Below, piece after piece: positions 34,395-34,858 of a stretch of DNA of 34,858 nucleotides; the stretch's first letter is position 1; the number at the start of each line of letters is the position of its first letter. Below the pieces are notes generated by a model. It made no database searches and was not told the origin of the DNA. It worked only from the letters and a program-made list of their open reading frames with translations. This DNA comes from a virus (Duplodnaviria; Heunggongvirae; Uroviricota; Caudoviricetes): IMG/VR virus record IMGVR_UViG_3300042892_004104; one strand, 5' to 3'. The position numbers and the translations under genes were made by a program.

Positions 34395-34858
34395 ATGGAG
34401 CAAAAATCAAACCTAGTCAAAGGCAAAGACAGTTACGACTCTACATCAACCGGCGGATTGATTCCATTTTTTAATCGCAATGTAACACCTTATCCAACTG
34501 AAGCTGGTGGTCCTAAGTTTGATCTGGTGCCTGTCACACAGCAAAAAGATCTAATGATCAATCATGCCAGGATGTATGCACAACAAGAACACGATCGTAT
34601 CATGGAACTGGTTGCAGTACTAGAAAAACAAGCACAAGCAATCAAGCGTAGACTAGATGTTACAGATGCAGTGCATGCCGCAGTGTACCAATTTCAACCT
34701 GTTATGGGACAACAGTATTGGTTGGTGTGGAACCGGCGTCGACAACATACCTTGCTGACACAAAACGGCCCCGACGATTGGTCAAGTAGTGCTCCTGAAG
34801 ACTATGAATACCAGACACAAGTAAAGTACATGGGTGACCATACATGGTTAGAGATTTT
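34395..34858 (+). CDS. DUF2452-like protein, truncated by the window end
   Basis: TPYPTEAGGPKFDLVPV...IMELVAVLEKQA...AVYQFQPVMGQQYWL...PDDW...DHTW; TATAAGTA 5 nt upstream; no stop before the window end. Confidence 0.65.
   Translation, partial: MEQKSNLVKGKDSYDSTSTGGLIPFFNRNVTPYPTEAGGPKFDLVPVTQQKDLMINHARMYAQQEHDRIMELVAVLEKQAQAIKRRLDVTDAVHAAVYQFQPVMGQQYWLVWNRRRQHTLLTQNGPDDWSSSAPEDYEYQTQVKYMGDHTWLEI

Noticed and set aside
1-34858. Many opposite-strand or nested ORFs in the track (for example 9330..9740-, 17430..17975-, 20494..20886-, 33031..33465-)
   Set aside because: They shadow well-supported genes, lack motifs and RBS, and are typical antisense open frames.
1-34858. CRISPR array, transposase, intron or intein
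   Set aside because: No regularly spaced repeats, transposase motifs or split genes; the polymerase is of normal length with contiguous motifs.
1-34858. Eukaryotic giant virus or bacterial chromosome origin, suggested by the many sugar genes
   Set aside because: SD sequences, sigma70 promoters, T4-type late boxes, gp43/gp45/RNase H-like genes and CCA-encoding tRNAs point to a T4-like phage.
1-34858. Stop-codon reassignment
   Set aside because: Conserved enzymes are full length in code 11, and all three stop codons end genes at coupled junctions or gene ends.

Overview
This window comes from a large T4-like (myovirus-type) dsDNA bacteriophage. It is read in the standard code, is densely packed and lies mostly on the + strand. 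Left to right: (1) 1-2280 and 8099-9774, probable head-internal proteins with M-x-x-x-E-(F/I) N-termini, plus a Dps/ferritin; (2) 2307-8061, two convergent operons of glycan-tailoring enzymes; (3) 9868-14614, a replication block (dsDNA-binding protein, family B polymerase, methyltransferase, sliding clamp); (4) 15007-29283, a 7-deazaguanine DNA-modification pathway (dpdA-like transglycosylase, dpdL-like T-fold protein, folE, queD, queE; no queC in the window) interleaved and often translationally coupled with two glycosyltransferases and nucleotide-sugar enzymes; (5) RNase H-like nuclease, NTP pyrophosphatase, and small early genes behind repeated sigma70 promoters, including a minimal GIY-YIG nuclease; (6) tRNA-Ile2/Met(CAU), tRNA-Arg(UCU) and a truncated DUF2452-like gene. 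The best candidate for an undescribed system is the coupling of a DpdA/DpdL deazaguanine pathway to a GT-B glycosyltransferase and sugar-nucleotide synthesis, which could mean a glycosylated deazaguanine DNA base. Two candidate structured RNAs (9755-9860 and the queD leader) also merit checking. All family assignments come from motif recognition by eye; no database searches were run.
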